Positions 38,205 to 47,919 of a stretch of DNA of 64,000 nt are shown here, one piece after another (the first letter of the stretch is position 1; each line of letters begins with the position of its first letter). Below the pieces are notes generated by a model. That model was given only the letters and a program-made list of their open reading frames with translations. It was not told the origin of the DNA and ran no database searches. Both the position numbers and the translations under genes were made by a program. Origin of the DNA: Escherichia phage KKP 3715; sequence record OR067834.1; one strand, 5' to 3'.

Positions 38205-38654
38205 TTAACTACGTTTTAGGCCAGCGAACAGTGAAGGCTTCGCAGCAGGTTTCTCTGCTGGTTCTTCTGCCTTAACTTCCTCCTGCACAACTTCTTCTTG
38301 TGCTTCTGGTTCAGCTACTGCTTCTTCAGGTTCCGGCGTAGAACTCCCGTTCGGTCCACCAGTAGAGGTCTGGATTTCTTCCTCCTTTACCTCTTCTTCA
38401 GCTTCATCCTCAACAACCGGTTCCGGTTCTACCGGACGGTGTTTGGCTTCTTGGGGGTTCTTACGAGGACGGCGAGTCTTCTTCTCTACCACGGGGGGAG
38501 TGTCATCACTATGACCGACCTCTTCATTGATACCAATGGTGGCAGTACCATCTGCATTCACCAGGATATTAATGTCCCCGGCAAGGTTAACTTGTTCATT
38601 TACATAAGCTTCAATAGCAGCTTCTACTTCAGACTGGTTCAGAACGATTTGCAT
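38205..38654 (-). CDS. acidic protein with small N-terminal domain, basic RRPRK patch and long Glu/Pro-rich tail
   Basis: 149-aa ORF; C-terminal ~90 residues are mostly E, P, A, V, K. Confidence 0.55.
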   Translation of the reverse strand: MQIVLNQSEVEAAIEAYVNEQVNLAGDINILVNADGTATIGINEEVGHSDDTPPVVEKKTRRPRKNPQEAKHRPVEPEPVVEDEAEEEVKEEEIQTSTGGPNGSSTPEPEEAVAEPEAQEEVVQEEVKAEEPAEKPAAKPSLFAGLKRS

Positions 38655-38655
38655 A

Positions 38656-39210
38656 TTATGCCTTTATTAATTTAATGAGATTCTGGAAAGCTGGGAGATT
38701 TACCCCAGCGTGGATTGCACCGATTGCATCAGCTAAGTGCTCATTTTTATTCAGAAGTTTACCCTTCTTATCCGTGAGCCAGTTGGCTTCAGGATAGATG
38801 GCATGAGCAGCACGAATCATCGTGTCTTTGGATGCAGTTTTATCACCGACCAGTGCAAGTTTGTTTTCAATTGGGGATACTTCAAAGATTGGGCAACCCA
38901 ATGCACGGAATGCACCGATTAGTCCTACGCATACACCATAGGACTTCATACCGTTAGCAGACTGAGAGCCTACTGGTACTTCTACAAATACTGCTTTAGC
39001 AGACCGTAACCATTCCTCACAACCAAGAAACAAATCATGGGCAGCTTGTATATCTTTGGAGTTGGTTCGAACTTGTTTGTTGTGGTCAACTTCAGTTTGA
39101 ACCAGTTTAAGTTCGACCTGCTCAAAGACACCAGACTCAATGTCCAGCATCCCACGAGCTAATCCCCAATTGCGGAGGCTAATGTCTGCACCGACAATTG
39201 GGATTTTCAT
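38656..39210 (-). CDS. RuvC-like Holliday-junction resolvase
   Basis: 184 aa; N-terminal IVGADISLRNWGLA and C-terminal EHLADAIGAIHAG resemble RuvC catalytic-site motifs. Confidence 0.65.
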   Translation of the reverse strand: MKIPIVGADISLRNWGLARGMLDIESGVFEQVELKLVQTEVDHNKQVRTNSKDIQAAHDLFLGCEEWLRSAKAVFVEVPVGSQSANGMKSYGVCVGLIGAFRALGCPIFEVSPIENKLALVGDKTASKDTMIRAAHAIYPEANWLTDKKGKLLNKNEHLADAIGAIHAGVNLPAFQNLIKLIKA

Positions 39211-40013
39211 TAACGTTTACCGAACAGAGATTTACCACCGGCTGGAGTAGTACCTGTGCCAGCACCTGCACCCGGTTTAGGAGGCAAGCCACCTTTACCA
39301 TTACCACCAGCAGAACCCTTGGTCTTATCGCGGGTTTTACCTTTGTTCTTTTCCAGCCATGCTGCATAGAATACAGCCAGCTCTGGAGTCAGTTCTTTCT
39401 CAGCCTTCTCTGCTTCCTGAGCCTCGACGACTGTGACCAGCAGTTCCGGATGAAACACTTTCTGAATCTCGTTTACTTCACGAGTTTCGCCGGAGTCAAC
39501 ATAACCGTTGTCACCTTTAACCTGCTTAGCTTCCAGAACCTTTTCCAGAGCGAAGGTAACAGTCTGACCAACCAGGTCAACTGGAACCATGACAGACTTA
39601 TTGGTTTCAGCTTTCAGATCGAAGTCATAGACTTTAACAATCTTCTCTTCGAAGTCTGCATCCGGCAGTTCACAACCAGTAGCCATAAGCATCATGTCAT
39701 TAATGACAGTGTAACCAGGCAGGAAGTATTCTTTACCATTCTTCTCGTAAGTAGGCTTATTGCCTTTAGCATTACCAGAGGTAAAGTACACCTGAGCACG
39801 GAACTCACCAGCATCATTGCCGTCAGAACCTTTCAGGTTTTCAATGATTAACTGCATCCAGTCTGCACCAGAGTCAGCTTTACCTACGTAAGCTACTTTT
39901 ACAGTACCGGTGTAGATATCAGATTCTTTTGCACCGAAGCCACCACCACCAAGGGTGTCTTTTGCAGCTTCAACGTTTTTGGTCTTTTCTTTCAAGTTAC
40001 CGAACAGTGACAT
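39210..40013 (-). CDS. single-stranded DNA-binding protein (N4 SSB-like)
   Basis: 267 aa, matching N4 SSB size; Gly/Pro-rich C-terminal tail; conserved position next to the ATPase and primase. Confidence 0.6.
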   Translation of the reverse strand: MSLFGNLKEKTKNVEAAKDTLGGGGFGAKESDIYTGTVKVAYVGKADSGADWMQLIIENLKGSDGNDAGEFRAQVYFTSGNAKGNKPTYEKNGKEYFLPGYTVINDMMLMATGCELPDADFEEKIVKVYDFDLKAETNKSVMVPVDLVGQTVTFALEKVLEAKQVKGDNGYVDSGETREVNEIQKVFHPELLVTVVEAQEAEKAEKELTPELAVFYAAWLEKNKGKTRDKTKGSAGGNGKGGLPPKPGAGAGTGTTPAGGKSLFGKR

Positions 40014-40053
40014 AATATTTTTCCTAATAAGTGATTAACAACCAGGCAAACGC

Positions 40054-40806
40054 TTAAGCGTAGTATTCAGCCAGATGGTCTAAGAGTTTCTGGGCATCAT
40101 TGTCGATATAAGTCTGTGACTTATCAAACATACCCATCGGTGAGCGAAGACGTTTACCAACAGACTTCTTGGTTGGACGAGTCTGGAATACGTGCTTATA
40201 GCCTAAGTCACGTTCTTCTTCCGTAATATCAAGCATCTTGTTGCCATACTTCTCCAGTTCCTTAATGTCTACACGTTCTGCGTAAACCACTGTAGAGAAG
40301 TAAGCCTCAAGGCCATTGTTCTTCAGGGAACCCTTAACTGGGATGAATGTTTTCATCACACCAGCAGCTTCGTCGAGTTCATCTTTGGCATGAGCAGTAA
40401 TGATTACTGGTTTACCAAACTTAACGACTTTCTGTTGCAACAGTATTTTAAAGAACTGTGCAAAGTCTCCCCAGGCTTTCTGGGTATTAGCAGAAGGCAA
40501 TACATACTGGGATTCCAGCATGTCCATCATGAAGGTAGCAGAGTCGATAATGATGCCATCAACATCGTCTGCCATTTCACCACCAGGAGATGCAACATCA
40601 AATGCTTCCCAAATCTGATATGGGTCTTCAATGTTGTAGGTGTTGAACTTATTACGGAAAGGTAGACGCTTGCCTGCTTCTGTATTCAGATACAGCCATC
40701 GTTCCTGGTTCCGGATATTGCGCAGTGATGCTGATTTACCACTCGCTGAAAATCCTGCAATCAGGATTAGCTGAGTGTTCATATCGTTGGAGATTTCTTC
40801 GGACAT
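40054..40806 (-). CDS. P-loop ATPase (RecA-core, Sak4-like) of the replication module
   Basis: 250 aa; Walker A LILIAGFSASGKSAS near the N-terminus. Confidence 0.6.
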   Translation of the reverse strand: MSEEISNDMNTQLILIAGFSASGKSASLRNIRNQERWLYLNTEAGKRLPFRNKFNTYNIEDPYQIWEAFDVASPGGEMADDVDGIIIDSATFMMDMLESQYVLPSANTQKAWGDFAQFFKILLQQKVVKFGKPVIITAHAKDELDEAAGVMKTFIPVKGSLKNNGLEAYFSTVVYAERVDIKELEKYGNKMLDITEEERDLGYKHVFQTRPTKKSVGKRLRSPMGMFDKSQTYIDNDAQKLLDHLAEYYA

Positions 40807-40863
40807 TATTTTTTCCTCGTTTAGTTTAGGAGTCCTTCAAACCAAAGAAAGACTCCTGTTTTC

Positions 40864-43074
40864 TTACTTGCCAGCGAAGCGTTTAGCCACGGTGACCATT
40901 ACGGTTGAATTCAATTCATCATCTGGTAATGGATTAGCCAGTTTCTTATTGAATGAGTAGACGGCTTGCTGTACTTGAGCAAAGTCCCAACCACTGTCTA
41001 CTAATGCCAGTGCGTACTTAATCATTTGATTATTACGATTACCGGAGGCAATACGACCAGCGAACCAACGCTCCAGATTGTCTAACGACTGTACTTCCTT
41101 CATCTGGTTCTGGAACTGCTCGTTCTTACTGGTACGAGGAATAAAGTCACGTACATCCAACAGATTCGCATCAAGGTTGTAATGATAGGAACCAGTCTCA
41201 CAGGACATCCACTTCTTGGCTCGTTGGTTAGCAGACTCATCCGTTTCGAATGGTAGCCAAGCCATAACGTTATTCATGAACTCTTTGTATTCCTCTGTGT
41301 CGAGGTGTAACTCATAGTTCATTGGAATAATCAGACGGAAGCGGTTCTCTTCGTCGGTATGACGCTTAGTGGTATAGGTCATGAACTTATATTCCTTCAT
41401 TAGTTCATGGCACGTATGCAGAGGTACTCCACCGTCACAGTCAATAACAATCATGTTAAATCCTGGAATAACGTTCTCTTCAGAACGATGTCCATTCTTC
41501 ATGTGATGGTTTACCCAGTGCATACCGGGAGCTTGGGTTAATACATGTAGCTGGTCAAACGGTACACGTTCACCAACATAGTCATAAGCAAAGCTATCAC
41601 TATATGCCACTATCATCTCATTGGTGTCAGTCTCTTTCAGAGTCTCACCACGAAAGAACTCAATGCCCTCATTGAAGGTTTTCTTAATAATGATGTGCTG
41701 TTTGTAACCCCATGCTGTAGCAAGAGTCATCATCTCATTACGAGCTGCATTACCACTCTTATAGAACGGTAATGACTCCAGCAAGTCAGCATGAGTAACT
41801 TCTTTGCCCACAGAGGCAATGTACTTAGCCAGTTTCACATAGGCTTTCTCGCGATTGAGAATACCCTGGAATGCTGCCCCGGATTCTTCTACGAGCAGGA
41901 TTGCTTGTTTAAGGTGAGACATCTCAATGAATGAACTCTGATCAACAAACGCCAGTGCACCTGCCAGCTTAAGAGCCTTGAAGTAACGGTGAGAGATTTC
42001 AGCCTTACGAATTTCTTCATGGTCAGCCATAGCTTCTGCTTGTTTCTCACAATCAATTTTGTAAGTAATCAGAGCAATACCCACTGCATCTTCCACAATC
42101 ATCTTAAAGCCAAACAGGTTTGGGTCAGCCAGACTATGGAAGTGGTTAGCCCACTTACCAAGAGACTGAACGTTATCCTGCTTAATAAGGTTACGGTAGA
42201 TTTCTTCCGGGGTCATCGTTGCATGTGCTCGCTTGTCTAAGTGCCCAATGGCAAACAGACAACGACGTGCATACCCTGTATCAAGGAAGTCATAGAACTG
42301 GTCTTCAGTCTGCCCACCATCCAGCAACTTACTCGGAGTACCGAACAGCAGCAGGTTAGCAGGAGTCTTACCATCCAGTTCTTCACCACGAATACTTTCA
42401 GCAGTGTTCTTGGTTAACTTCTGTTTTACTTTCCCCTGGTCATATAACTCAAGGAACAGGTTAAGCACTTCAACGTTGGCAATGAGGTTGGAACCAATCT
42501 CATCAATCTGTAAGTTAATAGCACCACAACCAGCCATTAGCAGCTTGTGACGTAGCTGTTTTACAGCAGGTGCTGTACCAGAGTCGAATGTGAATGGGAA
42601 TGCCCCAGCACGTTTATACTCTGCTTCAACTTTGTCGAACTCATCATTCTGGTCCGTACCCTGACGAGCAGCCCGTTCGTTAGCAATCTTCCATAAACGG
42701 TCATTTGCAATAACGGGCATGGTGTCTTCCATAAAACGCTTACGGAAGCCAGTCATAAACCCGTCTTCAATGATATTTACCGAGTGACCTTTACCGAAAC
42801 CAGATGTAGCCAACGCCATAGCGTAGATGTTTACCGGCAGGTCACCACGGTCTTTAGTTACGATGGTTGCACCCATGCAGGATGCCATTTTAGCCAAGAA
42901 GTAGGCTACTTCGACACGGAAAAATCCCCGGTCGTTATTCTGGGTTTTATTGCAGAGCACATCTACGATTTCTTCAATCGCTGGATGGTGCACTACTCCG
43001 GTAAGGTCAATACTCATGATGGAAAATATCTCTCTCTTTGTTTGCAAATAGATGCGACAGGGCAGTAAAGACAT
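40864..43074 (-). CDS. DNA primase (archaeo-eukaryotic primase-like domain with C-terminal PriCT-like region)
   Basis: 736 aa; hhhDxD-type motif FNMIVIDCDGG followed by conserved His; likely true start at an internal Met (near 43017), which would remove the overlap with the upstream nuclease gene. Confidence 0.7.
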   Translation of the reverse strand: MSLLPCRIYLQTKREIFSIMSIDLTGVVHHPAIEEIVDVLCNKTQNNDRGFFRVEVAYFLAKMASCMGATIVTKDRGDLPVNIYAMALATSGFGKGHSVNIIEDGFMTGFRKRFMEDTMPVIANDRLWKIANERAARQGTDQNDEFDKVEAEYKRAGAFPFTFDSGTAPAVKQLRHKLLMAGCGAINLQIDEIGSNLIANVEVLNLFLELYDQGKVKQKLTKNTAESIRGEELDGKTPANLLLFGTPSKLLDGGQTEDQFYDFLDTGYARRCLFAIGHLDKRAHATMTPEEIYRNLIKQDNVQSLGKWANHFHSLADPNLFGFKMIVEDAVGIALITYKIDCEKQAEAMADHEEIRKAEISHRYFKALKLAGALAFVDQSSFIEMSHLKQAILLVEESGAAFQGILNREKAYVKLAKYIASVGKEVTHADLLESLPFYKSGNAARNEMMTLATAWGYKQHIIIKKTFNEGIEFFRGETLKETDTNEMIVAYSDSFAYDYVGERVPFDQLHVLTQAPGMHWVNHHMKNGHRSEENVIPGFNMIVIDCDGGVPLHTCHELMKEYKFMTYTTKRHTDEENRFRLIIPMNYELHLDTEEYKEFMNNVMAWLPFETDESANQRAKKWMSCETGSYHYNLDANLLDVRDFIPRTSKNEQFQNQMKEVQSLDNLERWFAGRIASGNRNNQMIKYALALVDSGWDFAQVQQAVYSFNKKLANPLPDDELNSTVMVTVAKRFAGK

Positions 43075-43994
43075 CTTTTAACCTGTCCCTCCACGACCTT
43101 GATAGCACCCTTGCCACCTTTTTCAGCCATGAAGATACGGGCAGATGCCATATCGTCAAAGTTTTTGGTACTTCTGGCTCCAGGTACATCTACCTTAGAA
43201 GCATCAGAGAAGTATTTGAACTGTGGCTCTGTTCGCCACAACTCCTCGTCAGTACATTCAGGGATTTCCTCTTCAGGTGCATCCCAGTACTTTTCGATTA
43301 GATGAATCTTCTCCTCTACCCAACGCTCAGTCTTCTCGACAGACAGTAACGGAATATCCTTATGCATAATACGATTAGCAGGATAGTTCGGATTGCTGTT
43401 AGCCATGTGTTTCATGAAGTCGGTGAAGATGTAGTTAATACGAATTACATCCTCAGTAATGATGTCGTTGTGAATCCAACGGTATAAGCTGCCTTGCATC
43501 TTGTGTTCATCATCACGAGAACCAGCAACCCAGGAATAGGTTGAGGTAGACTTGAAGTCTTGCAACAGACCTTCTGTTACGATGTCGAATTTACCACCAA
43601 TAGTCCATCCCCTAACCTGCTTGGTTCCACGTTGTTCAATGTAGATTGGGATAAGGTCAGGATTAGCAGCAAAGTCTGCTTTGGTTGGGTTAATGACTAC
43701 TGCATCAATTACTCGCTGAGGATAACCCAGCTTCTTCAATGCAGTTTTATGACCTAGCTTCCAGGCTTTCTCGATAGAATCATGTAAGCCAGTACCCATT
43801 GATGTGGATACAAAATCCATAACATCAATAGACTGGTCACTAAAATCTACACGATGTTTCATGACGATTTGCTTAATGGGCTTAAGCAATGTAGTAGCAG
43901 ACAGGTACTTAGGATTGTCTACGTAATCATACTCGTCATGTAATAGCCATACAGCCAGGGCTAGTGAGACATCATGGTTGTTGGTTATTTTCAT
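43014..43994 (-). CDS. PD-(D/E)XK nuclease with C-terminal Cys cluster (Cas4/RecB-like)
   Basis: 326 aa; GGKFDIVTEGLLQDFKST (D...D/ExK) and C-terminal CLYCPVASIC. Confidence 0.6.
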   Translation of the reverse strand: MKITNNHDVSLALAVWLLHDEYDYVDNPKYLSATTLLKPIKQIVMKHRVDFSDQSIDVMDFVSTSMGTGLHDSIEKAWKLGHKTALKKLGYPQRVIDAVVINPTKADFAANPDLIPIYIEQRGTKQVRGWTIGGKFDIVTEGLLQDFKSTSTYSWVAGSRDDEHKMQGSLYRWIHNDIITEDVIRINYIFTDFMKHMANSNPNYPANRIMHKDIPLLSVEKTERWVEEKIHLIEKYWDAPEEEIPECTDEELWRTEPQFKYFSDASKVDVPGARSTKNFDDMASARIFMAEKGGKGAIKVVEGQVKRCLYCPVASICKQRERYFPS

Positions 43995-44488
43995 TAGTAG
44001 AAAATCCTATAACGGTAAACATCTGCCCAATCGATATGTAGTTCTCCCGGAAAGCATGTGTATGTTTTACAATGGTTTTTGTACTCATACTCAATCTTCT
44101 TCCACTTACGCATGAAGGATGGTCTTTCATTACTGTAAACCCAATCGGTACAGGATTCTTCCAACGCAACTACTTCACCACTACACACAGAGTTAAGGAC
44201 ATCTTTGACTACTGGATCCTCTGCTAACCTTTCTTTAGCGAGAATACGATTAGCGTAATGAACCAGCTTCTCACATTCATACAGGGCTTTGTTACCTGGT
44301 TTACCATTACCCATACGGGCAGCAGCATTTCGCCATAGAGCTTTAAAGGCACAACCTTCATCGAAGGTCATGCCTAGTGCTTGGATAATATCCTCACACT
44401 CTGCTTGATATGGCTCTTGCTCTTTCCGTTGGGGATTCTTAATTGAAACTACATAGTAGTTATTAAGACCACCGGAGAGCTTAGTCAT
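43994..44488 (-). CDS. hypothetical protein
   Basis: 164-aa ORF, 1-nt start/stop overlap with the neighbouring gene. Confidence 0.5.
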   Translation of the reverse strand: MTKLSGGLNNYYVVSIKNPQRKEQEPYQAECEDIIQALGMTFDEGCAFKALWRNAAARMGNGKPGNKALYECEKLVHYANRILAKERLAEDPVVKDVLNSVCSGEVVALEESCTDWVYSNERPSFMRKWKKIEYEYKNHCKTYTCFPGELHIDWADVYRYRIFY

Positions 44489-44793
44489 TATTCCCCCTTG
44501 GGAATCATGTTTGCCTGGAACTCCGGTTCAGACATCAGACCCAGGTTGTTAATAGACAGATAAACAATGTCTTTCAGGTCAACCGAGGTGTCGAAACGCT
44601 GGTCCAGACTAATCTTCAGGGAATGATTGACACGGGCCAAATCTTTATAAGTCACATGAGGTTCGTCAGTGAGCAGCATTGTGTTCATGGTAAGCAGGGA
44701 ACCATCATCGGCTTTAGGAAGCTGGAAGATTACCTGTGCTGCCACCATCCAATGATATTTTTTGACGACGGTTTCTTTAGTACTTTTAGTCAT
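44488..44793 (-). CDS. hypothetical protein
   Basis: 101-aa ORF, translationally coupled to the DNA polymerase gene. Confidence 0.5.
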   Translation of the reverse strand: MTKSTKETVVKKYHWMVAAQVIFQLPKADDGSLLTMNTMLLTDEPHVTYKDLARVNHSLKISLDQRFDTSVDLKDIVYLSINNLGLMSEPEFQANMIPKGE

Positions 44794-47369
44794 GCGAATG
44801 CCTTTTGAATTATTTGATGAACTTCTTCTGGGGTAGCGTGATTTGGAATCTCAATCTCGTTAGCCCACGTTGGGTAAAACAAGGATAGTTCCCCACCCAA
44901 ACCAACTTCTGGATGAGCAATATCAGGATGGTCTTGCCAGTTAACGGCTTCAACCAAGTGCTTGTTCGTGTACTGCAAGGTATCCATGTTGTCACGAATC
45001 ATGAAGTACTGAGCATCATGAATGTGAATACTAGGACGTATATCTAACCTGAACTCACTGGCTCTGACTTTACGCATAAATTCTGAACCAGCACGGTTAT
45101 TCAGTAGACACCAGCTTTGCCCCAAGGCATTACCAGCAGTTCTACCTTCTGCTTCTGCTTCATATGGAGTCTTACATGTCCCACGTAATACCTGAGCCAG
45201 TAAAGGAGTACGCACTCTCAAACCAAATGCAGCAGTTACATAACCAGTCTTAGCAGCTTCGTCTAGTTTAGCCTGAACCCACATATCACTAACTACATAA
45301 AGGTCGTGATAACGTTTCTCTGTTGTCTTAGCTTTCTCTTCCGAGAAGCCACAGTTTTTCATCAAGCCCATATACGTGCCACCATAGGTAAGCAAGAATG
45401 TTGGGGCTTTAGAATCACTACGCAAGTGCTTGTACTTTGTCTGAATAGAATTAATTGACTCAACCGTATCTACAATGTCTGGCATCTGCTCACCAAAGTA
45501 AGCATACGCACGGAGACTATGCCCATCATAACCATCGGTATACACCTTAAGTTTCTGAGGGTCTTTCGTAGTCAATGCAGATATTCTGTCTTCCAGCGAG
45601 GCGAAGTCCAAACCGCAAAATATCCAGCCAGGAGGGGCTTCGAAGCATTTCTTAATCTTCTTGGCATATTTAGAACCGGATGGAATTGTTTGTAGATTTG
45701 GCTCTGAAGCCGATAGCCTACCGGAGACTGTGCCTCCCAGATTGAGGTTGCCGAATAGGTAGTGCCAGCCATCTGGCCCCGGTTGGGCATTCCTGAAAGC
45801 TGGTATAAAACTAGTGATAATCTTATCCACGAGTTTATAGTCGATAAGTGCATTGAGCAGTTCCTTAACATCTTCACTCTGCGTATGTGTACGCAGTGCT
45901 TTAATAGTGTCACCGTCAGTAGCAGGTTGCTTGCTCTTAGTAAGACCAAGAACCGGTAAGCCAATATAATCAAATAACAGTTTCTGTAATTGTGGACCGG
46001 AGTTAGGATTAAACTCGATGTCACAATCAGCCAGAGTTACCTGCTTCTTCTTTAGCTTAGCATTCTTATCGTCTACCCATTCTTGACGAAGCATCAGGGT
46101 GAAGTTTTTCATGAGCTTAGACTCACGAATAGTTTTCAGAGCCTGGTTCCTGTCAGTTTCCATCTCTTCAGCTACTTGGTTAACGGTTTCCATATTCATG
46201 GGCATACCGGTTAACTGCATCTGAATAATGTCTTCACAGGCTGGTTTAAAGATGTTGTTGTAAACATCCAATTGGTTATCAGCAATGAGAGTATCCCAGT
46301 GCTTCTCGTAGGTGTACCACGTACACAAACCATCAATGAGGTTGTAGCGTAGCAGTTGCTCATTAGGAATAAGACGAATGTCTTTAATATCATCCTGAGC
46401 ATAGTTACCAGCATATTCCTGAGCCTGATCTTTCAGGCTAAGGTGATTGCCAGCACAACTGTTAGTAGCCAGGTAGGTGATTAACTTAGTACAGTCCCAA
46501 TTACGTAGCATGATTTCCATGCCATGCAGTAAGCCTTCTGTATCAATCAGGTTATCCATGAATAACTGATAGATAAGTATGTACACGTCATAGCTAATGT
46601 TGTGATACATCTGCCGTTGAGTGTACTTAATGAAGAACTCACGTAACAGGTTACGAACAACATCATTCCTGTTAATACGCCCATAAGGAGCTTCAGTAGC
46701 CCCCTTAATCGGCTCGTAGTCCACATTAAAGGCTATGCCTTGTGTCTTACTCCAACAGAACGTAATCGTTCCTATGCCTGCGTTATAGTGCTTTAAACCG
46801 AATGATTCGATGTCTATAGCCAGAGGCTTATTCATCTCAAGCAACTGGTCTAGCCAGGCTTTAATTTTTTCGGGTGTATCTGGATAGGCTTCAAACTCAA
46901 TGATTCCCTGACCTGGTTCAGCATACTGTCCACGGATGTGGTTAAGTAATGCAACCATACCCTGAGCAATCTTGGCTTTTACTACAGGTGGGTCATAAAA
47001 GACCTGTCTGTAACTAGGTGTATAGATAACCTTCTGTTTACCCCATACTGAATCACAAACATAGCCGAGGTTAGCCTCTGCTTTAGCTTCTTTAGTCAGT
47101 ATTTTAAAGTAGTCAGAATCGGTACAGATAATGTACTGAGTTTCTGCATCATCCAGTACTTGTTGCAGTTCCTGCTGTATGAACTCTTTAATCTCCCTTG
47201 CAGGAGTTTTCTTCTTACCTGGGGCAGAATGAAGTTCAAGGAAGATGAAGTCTTCCATGCTTAGGTCATAAGGCAGCAGGTAGGTTTTAATCATCTCCTC
47301 CCTTCGGATTTGATGACCGAGGATAGCAATAGGATACTTGCCAGTATCCTGAGAGGTGATGTAACGCAT
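44790..47369 (-). CDS. DNA polymerase, family A (Pol I-like) with 3-prime to 5-prime exonuclease domain
   Basis: 859 aa; exo motif LAIDIESFGL; polymerase motif A region DFASLEDRISAL; motif B RSDSKAPTFLLTYGG. Confidence 0.85.
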   Translation of the reverse strand: MRYITSQDTGKYPIAILGHQIRREEMIKTYLLPYDLSMEDFIFLELHSAPGKKKTPAREIKEFIQQELQQVLDDAETQYIICTDSDYFKILTKEAKAEANLGYVCDSVWGKQKVIYTPSYRQVFYDPPVVKAKIAQGMVALLNHIRGQYAEPGQGIIEFEAYPDTPEKIKAWLDQLLEMNKPLAIDIESFGLKHYNAGIGTITFCWSKTQGIAFNVDYEPIKGATEAPYGRINRNDVVRNLLREFFIKYTQRQMYHNISYDVYILIYQLFMDNLIDTEGLLHGMEIMLRNWDCTKLITYLATNSCAGNHLSLKDQAQEYAGNYAQDDIKDIRLIPNEQLLRYNLIDGLCTWYTYEKHWDTLIADNQLDVYNNIFKPACEDIIQMQLTGMPMNMETVNQVAEEMETDRNQALKTIRESKLMKNFTLMLRQEWVDDKNAKLKKKQVTLADCDIEFNPNSGPQLQKLLFDYIGLPVLGLTKSKQPATDGDTIKALRTHTQSEDVKELLNALIDYKLVDKIITSFIPAFRNAQPGPDGWHYLFGNLNLGGTVSGRLSASEPNLQTIPSGSKYAKKIKKCFEAPPGWIFCGLDFASLEDRISALTTKDPQKLKVYTDGYDGHSLRAYAYFGEQMPDIVDTVESINSIQTKYKHLRSDSKAPTFLLTYGGTYMGLMKNCGFSEEKAKTTEKRYHDLYVVSDMWVQAKLDEAAKTGYVTAAFGLRVRTPLLAQVLRGTCKTPYEAEAEGRTAGNALGQSWCLLNNRAGSEFMRKVRASEFRLDIRPSIHIHDAQYFMIRDNMDTLQYTNKHLVEAVNWQDHPDIAHPEVGLGGELSLFYPTWANEIEIPNHATPEEVHQIIQKAFA

Positions 47370-47378
47370 AGCTTTACC

Positions 47379-47909
47379 TTAGAAAATCAGATGGGAAGCT
47401 GCATAGTACTCAATAGAAGGTAGAATCTTCTCATACTGTTTAATTGCCATAGCATCACCAGCAAGAGTCCATGCTGCTTCACGAGTACGTGGTAGTCCTT
47501 TGTACTGACCAGTCTGGTCTTGTGCTACCAGACATTCAGGTAAAGCATCACGTACATCCTGATAGGACATACAACCACGAACCAGGCGATATACAGTCTG
47601 GTTCACAAGGTGTACTTCCATAATCAGACGGCTGGAGGCTTTCAGATACTTGTCCATTGCAGGCCAAAGTTCTGGGTTAAGTGTTAATCGTTCACCGTAG
47701 GTTGGGGGTCTGGTAGCATTAGAACGCTGATAGAATTCCCCTTGGTGAAGGAATCCAGCCGATACATCCACACCATTGATACGGTCATTCTTATCAATGA
47801 TACCGTTTAACACACCATCAAGACGAACCAGTTCTGCTAAGAACAGATGCTTGACTATCTCACTGCTATTGGCAACTTGACCAATAGTCGCTGAACCAAT
47901 CTGAGGCAT
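47379..47909 (-). CDS. hypothetical protein
   Basis: 176-aa ORF between helicase and polymerase. Confidence 0.5.
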   Translation of the reverse strand: MPQIGSATIGQVANSSEIVKHLFLAELVRLDGVLNGIIDKNDRINGVDVSAGFLHQGEFYQRSNATRPPTYGERLTLNPELWPAMDKYLKASSRLIMEVHLVNQTVYRLVRGCMSYQDVRDALPECLVAQDQTGQYKGLPRTREAAWTLAGDAMAIKQYEKILPSIEYYAASHLIF

Positions 47910-47919
47910 ATACCCTCCC

